64,000 bases of DNA from a virus (lineage: Duplodnaviria; Caudoviricetes), in the IMG/VR virus record IMGVR_UViG_3300028833_000058; one strand, written 5' to 3'. The position numbers and the translations under genes are program-made. The notes under the pieces were generated by a model. The model worked only from the letters and a program-made list of their open reading frames with translations. It was not told the origin of the DNA and searched no databases. Shown one piece after another: positions 20,824 through 27,782 of this stretch. Every line of letters begins with the position of its first letter. Position 1 is the stretch's first letter.

Positions 20824-20898
20824 TGGCACAGGATGGTTAGAATCGAACTACCATCTTTCGGGTTGGAGCCGAATATTTTACCATTAAACTAATCCTGC
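20824..20898 (-). tRNA. tRNA-Trp(CCA)
   Basis: TTCGG-CT CCA AC-CCGAA; CCA end. Confidence 0.85.
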
Positions 20899-20903
20899 AT
20901 CAA

Positions 20904-20981
20904 TGGGGTGGTCGGTGAGGATTTGAACCCACATTCACTAGAACCACAATCTAGGGCTTTAACCAATTAAGCTACGACCAC
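20904..20981 (-). tRNA. tRNA-His(GTG)
   Basis: CTAGA-TT GTG GT-TCTAG; C73, CCA end. Confidence 0.9.
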
Positions 20982-21026
20982 AAGAATATACCACATTACT
21001 GATATATGCTTCTAGTCGCAAAAAAA

Positions 21027-21100
21027 TGGCAGAGGTTGACTGACTCGAACAATCATCTTTGGTTTTGGAGACCAGTGTTCTACCTTTGAACTAAACCTCC
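21027..21100 (-). tRNA. tRNA-Trp(CCA)
   Basis: TGGT-CT CCA AA-ACCA; CCA end. Confidence 0.9.
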
Positions 21101-21102
21101 GT

Positions 21103-21177
21103 TGGAGCGACTCATGAGAATTGAACTCATATCTCTAGTTTGGAAGACTAGCATAATAGCCATTATACGAGAATCGC
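21103..21177 (-). tRNA. tRNA-Gly(TCC)
   Basis: CTAGT-CT TCC AA-ACTAG; U73, CCA end. Confidence 0.92.
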
Positions 21178-21179
21178 AT

Positions 21180-21253
21180 TGGAGAACCGCACAGGAGTCT
21201 AACCTGCCTAATTCGGGTTGCAGCCGAACACATAAACGCTCTGTCAACGGTCC
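21180..21253 (-). tRNA. tRNA-Cys(GCA)
   Basis: TTCGG-CT GCA AC-CCGAA; U73, CCA end. Confidence 0.85.
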
Positions 21254-21255
21254 AT

Positions 21256-21333
21256 TGGTGGCAATAACTTGAATCGAACAAGTAACTTCATCCTTATGAG
21301 AGATGCGTTCTAACCAAATTGAACTATATTGCC
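21256..21333 (-). tRNA. tRNA-Met(CAT), probably elongator
   Basis: CATCT-CT CAT AA-GGATG; paired G1-C72. Confidence 0.85.
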
Positions 21334-21336
21334 ATT

Positions 21337-21412
21337 TGGTGAAGATGGTGAGAATCGAACTCACACTCCCCTGATTAAAAGTCAGGTGCTTTACCGATTA
21401 AGCTACATCTTC
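21337..21412 (-). tRNA. tRNA-Lys(TTT)
   Basis: CCTGA-CT TTT AA-TCAGG; CCA end. Confidence 0.93.
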
Positions 21413-21414
21413 AA

Positions 21415-21490
21415 TGGTGGATACCCCAAGAATCGAACTCGGTCCTTCTGTTCTTCAGACAGACGTACGCACCAGCTATACCAGATATCC
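21415..21490 (-). tRNA. tRNA-Phe(GAA)
   Basis: TCTGT-CT GAA GA-ACAGA; CCA end. Confidence 0.9.
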
Positions 21491-21492
21491 AT

Positions 21493-21571
21493 TGGTGGAG
21501 AATGTGAGTTTTGAACTCACCTGAATTTCTCGGTGCAAACGAGATGACCACCCCAAGCAGTCCCATTCCCC
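21493..21571 (-). tRNA. tRNA-Ala(TGC)
   Basis: TCTCG-TT TGC AC-CGAGA; G3:U70; CCA end. Confidence 0.9.
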
Positions 21572-21594
21572 ACGAAATTTATAATATATACCTA

Positions 21595-21637
21595 AAAATA
21601 AGAAAAACCCCCGAAACTTTTTATTTTTTCGGAGGTT
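21595..21637 (-). terminator. attenuator terminator in front of tRNA array A
   Basis: AACCTCCGAAA-loop-TTTCGGGGGTT followed by TTTCTTATTTT. Confidence 0.85.
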
Positions 21638-21676
21638 GTACAATTTTTTACTTAGAGCCAAGAAATAAAGTTTTAG

Positions 21677-21754
21677 TTAATAGTCGACACCTCCGTCAGT
21701 TTTACCTGCGAATCCAAACATGTGCCAACATTTCTTAACTAATCTATTCATCAT
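21677..21754 (-). CDS. leader (attenuator) peptide A, MMNRLVKKCWHMFGFAGKTDGGVDY
   Basis: AGGAG RBS; 25 codons; KKCWHMFGFAGK matches the downstream tRNA set; CGGAGGT at 21695-21689 complementary to the terminator 5' arm. Confidence 0.85.
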   Translation of the reverse strand: MMNRLVKKCWHMFGFAGKTDGGVDY

Positions 21755-21787
21755 ATTAAATAGAACTCCTTTTTCTTTACTTCTTCT

Positions 21788-21816
21788 CTTATATCAAACT
21801 TTTTTCATAAAGTCAA
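21788..21816 (-). promoter_or_regulatory. sigma70-type promoter of leader A and tRNA array A
   Basis: TTGACT-17 bp-TATAAG with extended TG. Confidence 0.75.
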
Positions 21817-21836
21817 GTATTTTTTTTTAAGATTTT

Positions 21837-21964
21837 TGTCAAAGAGAATTTTTCAAACAGATTTTTGCAGCAGGACTTGAACCTGCATAGCTTTTCAGCT
21901 GTTGTTTTTTGAGAACAATGTGTATACCATTTCACGATGCAACTGTTTGACCGCTTCTTTGACA
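21837..21964 (-). ncRNA. Y-RNA-like RNA carrying a tRNA-Leu(CAA)-like body
   Basis: GTCAAAG/CTTTGAC stem, AG-C-GGT bulged-C helix, then D arm, TTGTT-CT CAA AA-AACAA, long variable arm, GCAGG-TTCAAGT-CCTGC. Confidence 0.8.
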
Positions 21965-22067
21965 TAATAACTAAATGAAAAACTTTACGTATTTTTCTTG
22001 AGTACTTCTCAACAACGGTTAGTCAACATTGGAGAGGGGGTATGAAGCCCTAGAAGTAATTAGTTTG

Positions 22068-22188
22068 TGGTAAAGAGTATAAATAGAACAGGTTTATTGC
22101 AGTAGGACTTGAACCTACAATCCTTTGATTAAAAATCAAATGTTTTATCCACTTAAACGATGCAACTGTTCCAACCGCTTCTTTACCA
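22068..22188 (-). ncRNA. Y-RNA-like RNA carrying a tRNA-Lys(TTT)-like body
   Basis: GGTAAAG/CTTTACC stem, same AAGCGGT helix, D arm, TTTGA-TT TTT AA-TCAAA, GTAGG-TTCAAGT-CCTAC. Confidence 0.8.
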
Positions 22189-22199
22189 AAATTTATGCT

Positions 22200-22273
22200 C
22201 GAAGAGAATATTTAGAAATTGTGTATTTAGTCAACAACCCTTAGACGATGTAACAATTTCAACCGCTTCTTCG
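22200..22273 (-). ncRNA. short Y-RNA-like RNA
   Basis: CGAAG-AAGCGGT-GAAATTG...CAATTTC-ATTCT-CTTCG; shares TRCATCG with the other copies. Confidence 0.7.
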
Positions 22274-22282
22274 CTCTAATAA

Positions 22283-22597
22283 TTATTCACACAAATCAGA
22301 GTTTGTACATGAGTTGTATGGCTTACGACTATATGAAACTTCTTCATAAGTTTTTGGCTCATAAACTGTAGTATAAGTAACATCTTTGTAAATTACTTCT
22401 ACTGGTTTAGAAATAGTGTAACTTGTTGAACAAGTGTTACATTCATTGTTGTAAGAACGATATGTGTTGTAAGAAGGTTTAGTGTAGTTTACAACAGGTT
22501 TTTGTTCTTCAACTTTTGGAGTAACAATTACTTCTTCTGTTTCAGCACAAGTACAAGCACTTAATAAAATAGAGCATAACATTAAAACTTTTTTCAT
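22283..22597 (-). CDS. putative lipoprotein
   Basis: Signal peptide MKKVLMLCSILLSAC with lipobox; Tyr/Thr/Cys-rich. Confidence 0.7.
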   Translation of the reverse strand: MKKVLMLCSILLSACTCAETEEVIVTPKVEEQKPVVNYTKPSYNTYRSYNNECNTCSTSYTISKPVEVIYKDVTYTTVYEPKTYEEVSYSRKPYNSCTNSDLCE

Positions 22598-22629
22598 GTC
22601 AATTACCTTTCGAACGTTGTTGATAAGTT

Positions 22630-22721
22630 AGTGAGGATTAGAGTATCATAAAGATTTGTTATTTCTAAAGCAGATTACATGTCTGGACTCGATGTAAATC
22701 TTTAACCGCTTAATCCTCACT
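22630..22721 (-). ncRNA. Y-RNA-like RNA directly after the Ro60 stop codon
   Basis: AGTGAGGATT-AAGCGGT-AAAGATTT...AAATCTTT-ATACTCT-AATCCTCACT. Confidence 0.75.
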
Positions 22722-22724
22722 TTC

Positions 22725-24353
22725 TTAGTCATTTACCGATGTCTTTATTTTAATAGAACTCTTCTTTTCTACTTTTTCATCTGTAATATTATCCATTCTA
22801 TCCCAAATGTCAATTAAAGTTTTAGCATAAATGGATTCTTTACCAGTCCAACCAGTTAGAATACTTGTTCTGTATTCATTTTCTGGCATTACATTGTTGT
22901 CATAGCCAGCTGTTTGAATAGAAAAGATATTAACTTTTGCATTAACCTTTCTTCTATATTCTTGAACAAGCTTTAAGACATCAATGAATTTTGAATTGTT
23001 GTATAAATAATCACGATAATGATGTTCATTTAATCCATACAATCCACCATGACCAGCTTGCATATCAGAGTAGATGAAAATGTTATCGTAATGTATCTTT
23101 TTCTTTATAGCTTCGTCAAAGAATAACCATATACCATTTTCAGTACTAGCACCGATGTTGTGTGAATGTCTACATTGAATTCTATCTAATTGAGACAGTA
23201 CACCATCTCTTTTGTTGACTGATTCGATTTCTAACCTATCTCCAAAGATTCCAACATACCCTTCATCAGAATTAATAGCTGTCATAACTGAAGATAAGTT
23301 ATCAATTTCAGCAACTTTAGTAGAACCATATTCAGTAGTTAATGCACCCCATGCTGAACCAGAGTTATCCGACAAGCAGATGGTCTTACCCTTTAACTTA
23401 GGGAAATTGTCCATTGCTCTATCTATACATCTGTTCAAGCTTTCTACAATAGCAGATTCACCCTTAACACGTGGATTAGAAGTTTGAATAGCCTTTAATG
23501 CAGACCAATATCTAAATGGAAATTGCTTACCCTTTTCGACACCGTTTTCAAGCATTTCAAGAACTTGCTTTCTGACATCTTCATCTTCAATCTCAGTAAA
23601 AATACCACGTAAGTTTCTTAAAAGAGCCATATGTGGGACATAAGTTGCTTGTAAAATTTCTGTCCAAGTTTTACCAGCACTTCTTAACTTTTCCCAAGTA
23701 GATTCTTCTTCTGTAACTTCAATAGTACCAGACTTCATAAGTTCATCAATGTCTTCAGAGTGAGCATGACAAATACGAACTAAGTCGATGATTTTAGCAC
23801 TTGTCTTGTACTTAGCCAATTGATATTTTTTAGTTACAGATAATTTGTTAGCCCATGCTCTTTTTAAGATAGATGGTAATTTACTTTTGGAGCCATTGAA
23901 GAACATCCACAATTCGAACTGATTCCAAATGTCAGTAGGAATGTTGATAACTTCTTCAATGCAACTACGCATGAACACCTTGTTTTCTTCATTAAAAGCT
24001 TTTCTACCATCATACATTACAGCTCTAACCATAATCAAAGCTGGGTTTAAACGCATATTGTATTCATATCTTAACTTTTTAGCAAGATTTAATACACCTT
24101 CGAAATCATAAGCTAAAGCATTGTCACAAGCTTCAACAAAAGTTGCTGTTGTACCAGATAACTCTTTGTTGTTAGCACCATCGTTTTTGTAATATGACTT
24201 TTCACCAAAAATAGATGACGCAGCAACCATTTCTAGCTCTAGCAATGGGTTAGTTTTATAGGAAATACCATTCATGAAGTTTACAACTTGCTCATCTTTG
24301 TGCTTGTTGTAATCTGCTTCAGATTTCTTTGCATAACCTGAGAATTTAGACAT
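22725..24353 (-). CDS. TROVE-domain RNA-binding protein (Ro60/Rsr homolog)
   Basis: SIFGExSYY, YQLAKY, TWExLRS, MALLRNLR, QFPFRY, vWA MIDAS DNSGS, YSDMQ. Confidence 0.93.
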   Translation of the reverse strand: MSKFSGYAKKSEADYNKHKDEQVVNFMNGISYKTNPLLELEMVAASSIFGEKSYYKNDGANNKELSGTTATFVEACDNALAYDFEGVLNLAKKLRYEYNMRLNPALIMVRAVMYDGRKAFNEENKVFMRSCIEEVINIPTDIWNQFELWMFFNGSKSKLPSILKRAWANKLSVTKKYQLAKYKTSAKIIDLVRICHAHSEDIDELMKSGTIEVTEEESTWEKLRSAGKTWTEILQATYVPHMALLRNLRGIFTEIEDEDVRKQVLEMLENGVEKGKQFPFRYWSALKAIQTSNPRVKGESAIVESLNRCIDRAMDNFPKLKGKTICLSDNSGSAWGALTTEYGSTKVAEIDNLSSVMTAINSDEGYVGIFGDRLEIESVNKRDGVLSQLDRIQCRHSHNIGASTENGIWLFFDEAIKKKIHYDNIFIYSDMQAGHGGLYGLNEHHYRDYLYNNSKFIDVLKLVQEYRRKVNAKVNIFSIQTAGYDNNVMPENEYRTSILTGWTGKESIYAKTLIDIWDRMDNITDEKVEKKSSIKIKTSVND

Positions 24354-24448
24354 TTTAGTTCCTTCCTTTCTTTCTCGATTTGTTGTGATTATATTTTCAA
24401 TTTTTGTTAAAGTAAAGTCAATTGTTGTAATTTATACACTTTAGCTGA

Positions 24449-24634
24449 TTAGTTAAGCACTAACTTGTTGAATTTAATGTTTAAATAATCAGCTATAGCT
24501 TTTTTCCAATTGAACTTCTTTACTTTCTTTTTCTTATTCGGCACTACTTTATGTTGAAATAGTGCATTGTGGTAAAGATTGAATAACAAACATCTCTCTT
24601 CACCTGTTTTAGTTCGTTTTGTTTTCTTTTTCAT
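24449..24634 (-). CDS. small basic protein, possibly ArfA-like
   Basis: GGAG RBS; LF-x-H-KV-x-x-KK pattern recalls ribosome-rescue factor ArfA. Confidence 0.35.
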   Translation of the reverse strand: MKKKTKRTKTGEERCLLFNLYHNALFQHKVVPNKKKKVKKFNWKKAIADYLNIKFNKLVLN

Positions 24635-24826
24635 TTTATTTCTCCAAATTATTTTTAATATATTTTTTAAAATACTGACGAACTTTTTTATTGTAATCTT
24701 TAATCATAGCTTGAACAGCATTTTTGTCTCCACTACGTTTATAATCACTTTTATATTCTTCGTCAGGTTTTACATTTATGTTTTTATATCCTTTCATTTT
24801 ATTTCTCCGATAAAAAAGGGAGATTG

Positions 24827-25210
24827 TTATCTCCCGTTGTTTTTGTTACACGCTACGAAACTGCTGTACATTTCCTTGTTAATATTTATGTCCATAGTTT
24901 CAGCTCGTTCCCTCGCTTTTCTTTCATAATATTCAAATCTATCTTTTGTTAATGGATAAAAATACAAGGCTCTCGATTCCATTATTACTAACTTCTTCAA
25001 TTCCTTCTCTGATTTTTCAGCATATTCTTTACATAACATTCTAAAAAGACCGTCTTCTGTTTCTTCATCTTTTATAACGTGTCCATAATGTTTAGATAAC
25101 TTATAAGCTTGTAAATCAATGTTAGCTTGTGTTTCTATCGCTCTTTGTATGTCACCAGACAATTTGCTAAAATTAGACCCCTTTTCATCAGAAAAATGTC
25201 TATAGTCCAT
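24827..25210 (-). CDS. hypothetical protein
   Basis: ORF with upstream AGTTCTA motif. Confidence 0.6.
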   Translation of the reverse strand: MDYRHFSDEKGSNFSKLSGDIQRAIETQANIDLQAYKLSKHYGHVIKDEETEDGLFRMLCKEYAEKSEKELKKLVIMESRALYFYPLTKDRFEYYERKARERAETMDININKEMYSSFVACNKNNGR

Positions 25211-25414
25211 TGTAATAATTCCCTATATATATGTGAAGTGTAATGTATAGAACTAAAAAATCGTTTGTCCATTTTAGAATAATGACCTAGGAAATTCTAA
25301 AACTCTATGTTAATTCATACGACAGGTTTTAACATTACTAAGATGTCATGGAACTACTGGGACAATTGTACAAAAAAGTGTTTGACATTTTGTCCAATCT
25401 AGTGTATAAACTTT

Positions 25415-25723
25415 ATGTGTCAAACAACTGAACTGGACAAAGCAATGGATGTTTTACTTCGTATACTCATAATCTTTATGTTGTTATATATGGTCTATAT
25501 AACCATATCATCTATTTGGGAAGCTGGTGGTCGTACCATACTCGGAAGTATAATGTTTGTGGCCATGATGTGGGCCTTTTGTGCACTTTTAAATACAACT
25601 ATCGTACAAGCTCTTATAGCTTGTTGTTTTCTAGTTGTAATTGTCATGTTGGTACTTCAAGCTATAGCTTGTTTTCTTTCATCAATGATTAGTTATATCA
25701 ATAAGTTATTTAATCATGAATGA
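25415..25723 (+). CDS. small membrane protein
   Basis: Three hydrophobic helices; TTGACA...TATAAA promoter immediately upstream, so possibly leaderless. Confidence 0.6.
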   Translation: MCQTTELDKAMDVLLRILIIFMLLYMVYITISSIWEAGGRTILGSIMFVAMMWAFCALLNTTIVQALIACCFLVVIVMLVLQAIACFLSSMISYINKLFNHE

Positions 25724-26084
25724 AAGAATCAATAAAATCTTCTAAACTAATTTTTTCACCAGTCTCTTTGTTTGTTGCAATCTGTTTGTCAAGACGTATC
25801 ACAAACGAATCGTTAGAAAGAACATATGCACTAAGTTGTCTAAATCCTCTATCTTTAAAGAATTGTAAGATATCTAAGTAGATTTTTGTGTCTTTTGATG
25901 GTTTAATTTTGTCCATATCGACTTTACCATTTCTCCAATCGTTATACATATATTTCGGTAACCATCCAACATATTTTATGCACCGTGTACAACGAATCCC
26001 AAATATTTCAGGATGCGTCTTAGAAATAATATGTTCAAAGTGCGTAGACCCACATATAGGACATATGAATTTATCATTCTTCAT
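25710..26084 (-). CDS. zinc-ribbon protein
   Basis: CPICG...CTRC; start after GAGGA (the track extension overlaps tRNA-Gln). Confidence 0.6.
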   Translation of the reverse strand: MKNDKFICPICGSTHFEHIISKTHPEIFGIRCTRCIKYVGWLPKYMYNDWRNGKVDMDKIKPSKDTKIYLDILQFFKDRGFRQLSAYVLSNDSFVIRLDKQIATNKETGEKISLEDFIDSFIHD

Positions 26085-26105
26085 GAAACTTCCTCTCAGA
26101 TTTAG

Positions 26106-26179
26106 TGGTTTCGGGGGGTCGATTCGGACGACCATTAACGCAGTCAAAGTGCGCTATCCTACCATTAGACGACCCCGAA
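26106..26179 (-). tRNA. tRNA-Gln(TTG)
   Basis: GCGCA-CT TTG AC-TGCGT; CCA end. Confidence 0.88.
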
Positions 26180-26185
26180 ATAAGA

Positions 26186-26314
26186 CGATTGGAGGAGGAG
26201 TCGAACCTCACACAATTAAGAATTACCGTTCTTAAAATTTTCCTCTACTTCCCGTCTTCTTAATCAAACTTTCTTTCGGTAAAAATACTTATTTGACATA
26301 GTAGAGCTCCAACC
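26186..26314 (-). ncRNA. tRNA-like ncRNA with acceptor stem and T arm, copy 1
   Basis: GGTTGGAG/CTCCAATC stem, GAGG-TTCGACT-CCTC. Confidence 0.6.
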
Positions 26315-26349
26315 ATAAAAAAACAATAACTTTTTAATTGAATAGTTCA

Positions 26350-26643
26350 TCACTACCTTGTTCAGTTTGTGGTCTGGAACATATCTTCATCTTCAACATT
26401 ACTTGGCTAGATGGAATCCACTTGTTCTCTACACATTTATTACGAAAGTGCCAGAATCGAACTGGGAACTAAGATTACAACACCCATAGAAGTTATCTCA
26501 GTTTCTATCTATGCTCAATAGGGTCCAACACTATCTCACCTTCATAAATTTAGCTCGGTATTGTCATCAGCATTATCTGTTAAGATTTCACTGAATTCGG
26601 ATTCATTCAAATATACATTTCTGTATAAGTGTTCAGTTTTACC
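26350..26643 (-). mobile_element. group I intron following a tRNA-Gln(TTG) 5' half
   Basis: P AATTCAGTGAAA (26597-26586), Q AATACCGAGC, R GTGTAGAGAAC, S AAGATATGTTCC; boundaries approximate. Confidence 0.7.
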
Positions 26644-26678
26644 CAAAATCTCATGTCCTACCATTAGACGACCCCGAA
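26644..26678 (-). pseudogene. tRNA-Gln(TTG) 5' half; no matching 3' exon found
   Basis: TTCGGGGTCGTCTAATGGTAGGACATGAGATTTTG. Confidence 0.6.
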
Positions 26679-26685
26679 ATAATCA

Positions 26686-26822
26686 CGGTTGGAGGTGGAG
26701 TCGAACCACACACCACTAACATCTGCAGATATTAGAATTTCCCTCTACTTGCCGTTATCTTAATCAAACTTTCACTTCTGCAGAAGTACTCATTTGACAT
26801 ATGAAACATTAGAGCTCCAACC
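26686..26822 (-). ncRNA. tRNA-like ncRNA with acceptor stem and T arm, copy 2
   Basis: GGTTGGAG/CTCCAACC, GTGG-TTCGACT-CCAC (compensatory change versus copy 1). Confidence 0.6.
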
Positions 26823-26967
26823 ATAAAAAACAATAACTTTTTGATTGAATAGTTCATCACTACCAAACCTAAACGGAGAAGTTATTGCAGAAACTCCCTA
26901 AACGTAGGATAGGATTGATAACATTACTAAGATGCCATAGCAATAGTCCTATCACTTCAAACTAAAA

Positions 26968-27060
26968 TGGCACCCCGTAAACTGATTCGAACAGCATTCC
27001 CGTACTAATTGACTGGAGCTATAGACATTCAACTAGCGGTCACCATGACTACAACGAGGT
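26968..27060 (-). ncRNA. aberrant tRNA-like RNA
   Basis: ACCTCGT/ACGGGGT-G-CCA, CTG-TTCGAAT-CAG, no canonical anticodon loop. Confidence 0.5.
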
Positions 27061-27069
27061 ATTAAATGT

Positions 27070-27188
27070 TCTTCTTGACAAGGCTTGAACTTGTACCTAA
27101 ACCTTAGAGGGAATTGTGCTACCGCCGTTAGGGTTTAGTAAAAAGAGCTATAGTATTTACTAAATCTATCCGTTTACACTACAAGAAG
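27070..27188 (-). ncRNA. aberrant tRNA-like RNA with a large D-loop insertion
   Basis: CTTCTTG/CAAGAAG, ACAAG-TTCAAGC-CTTGT, TTTAGTAAA/TTTACTAAA hairpin in the D loop. Confidence 0.5.
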
Positions 27189-27474
27189 ATAATACTATAA
27201 ATTATTAATAAACCAATTGTGAATGTTCTGCCAAAATCCAGACTTTATAGATATCAATGTACCATATATTGCTATCAACGAAACAATTATTGAAAGTATA
27301 GATTCTACAATTTCTAATTTTTCTTTCATTTAACATATTCTCCAATTTTGTATCTTTCTAGGCTACTACTGCGCAACCCTACGACTGCTGCACCATCGTT
27401 TTACGTTCTTCGTTTACTCAGCTTGTATCGTCAATGAAAGTTCCTGAGCTGACGTTTTCCAACCTATTACAACT

Positions 27475-27554
27475 TGGCGGGGCCACATGATTTTCACACG
27501 TTATCTTGGACCTACATCCTAAGCAATCTGTTCTAGAACCAGATTTAACGCCCC
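27475..27554 (-). ncRNA. aberrant tRNA-like RNA
   Basis: GGGGC/GCCCC-G-CCA with three internal hairpins and non-canonical loops. Confidence 0.45.
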
Positions 27555-27782
27555 ATAAAAAAATCGGCAATCGGTTTTTACCCTTTATCCACTCGCTGTT
27601 CGAACTCTTTAGCGTTGGAGGGTCAGGTTACTGTTTTCTACAGCACATAGTTATTTAGGCAATTACCTCTAAATACTAACAACACGCCATCAACCTGTCT
27701 GATTATATAAGCATCAATTTAATACTTATCCGATGTACATTCATATTAAATTGTACTAGTCTATATAATCACGAATTAGAAT

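Larger units (their letters stand above)
26157..26864. repeat. diverged ~200-bp direct repeat (26157-26357 and 26656-26864)
   Basis: Shared TCCTACCATTAGACGACCCCGAAATAA...AGAGCTCCAACCATAAAAAA...TTGAATAGTTCATCACTACC. Confidence 0.85.

Noticed and set aside
21080-21738. Track ORFs overlapping tRNA array A and its leader (21080-21364, 21329-21514, 21476-21661, 21511-21738)
   Set aside because: They overlap well-formed tRNA genes and the terminator; spurious translations of RNA genes
21590-21790. T-box riboswitch as the regulatory mechanism of the leaders
   Set aside because: No UGGNACC T-box bulge or stem I seen in either leader; an RBS-led ORF overlapping the antiterminator fits ribosome-mediated attenuation better
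21837-22188. Calling the Leu(CAA) and Lys(TTT) elements ordinary tRNAs or decayed pseudogenes
   Set aside because: Only a 5-bp acceptor remnant, no CCA, and both are embedded in the stem architecture shared with the two non-tRNA Y-like RNAs
21837-22721. CRISPR array suggested by the recurring ACCGCTT motif
   Set aside because: The shared sequence is short, spacing is irregular and each unit folds as an independent RNA; no cas genes in the window
27095-27120. Possible amber-suppressor (CTA) anticodon and TAG recoding
   Set aside because: The anticodon stem pairs poorly in that register, and long genes are intact under code 11 with TAG used as a stop (for example thyA)
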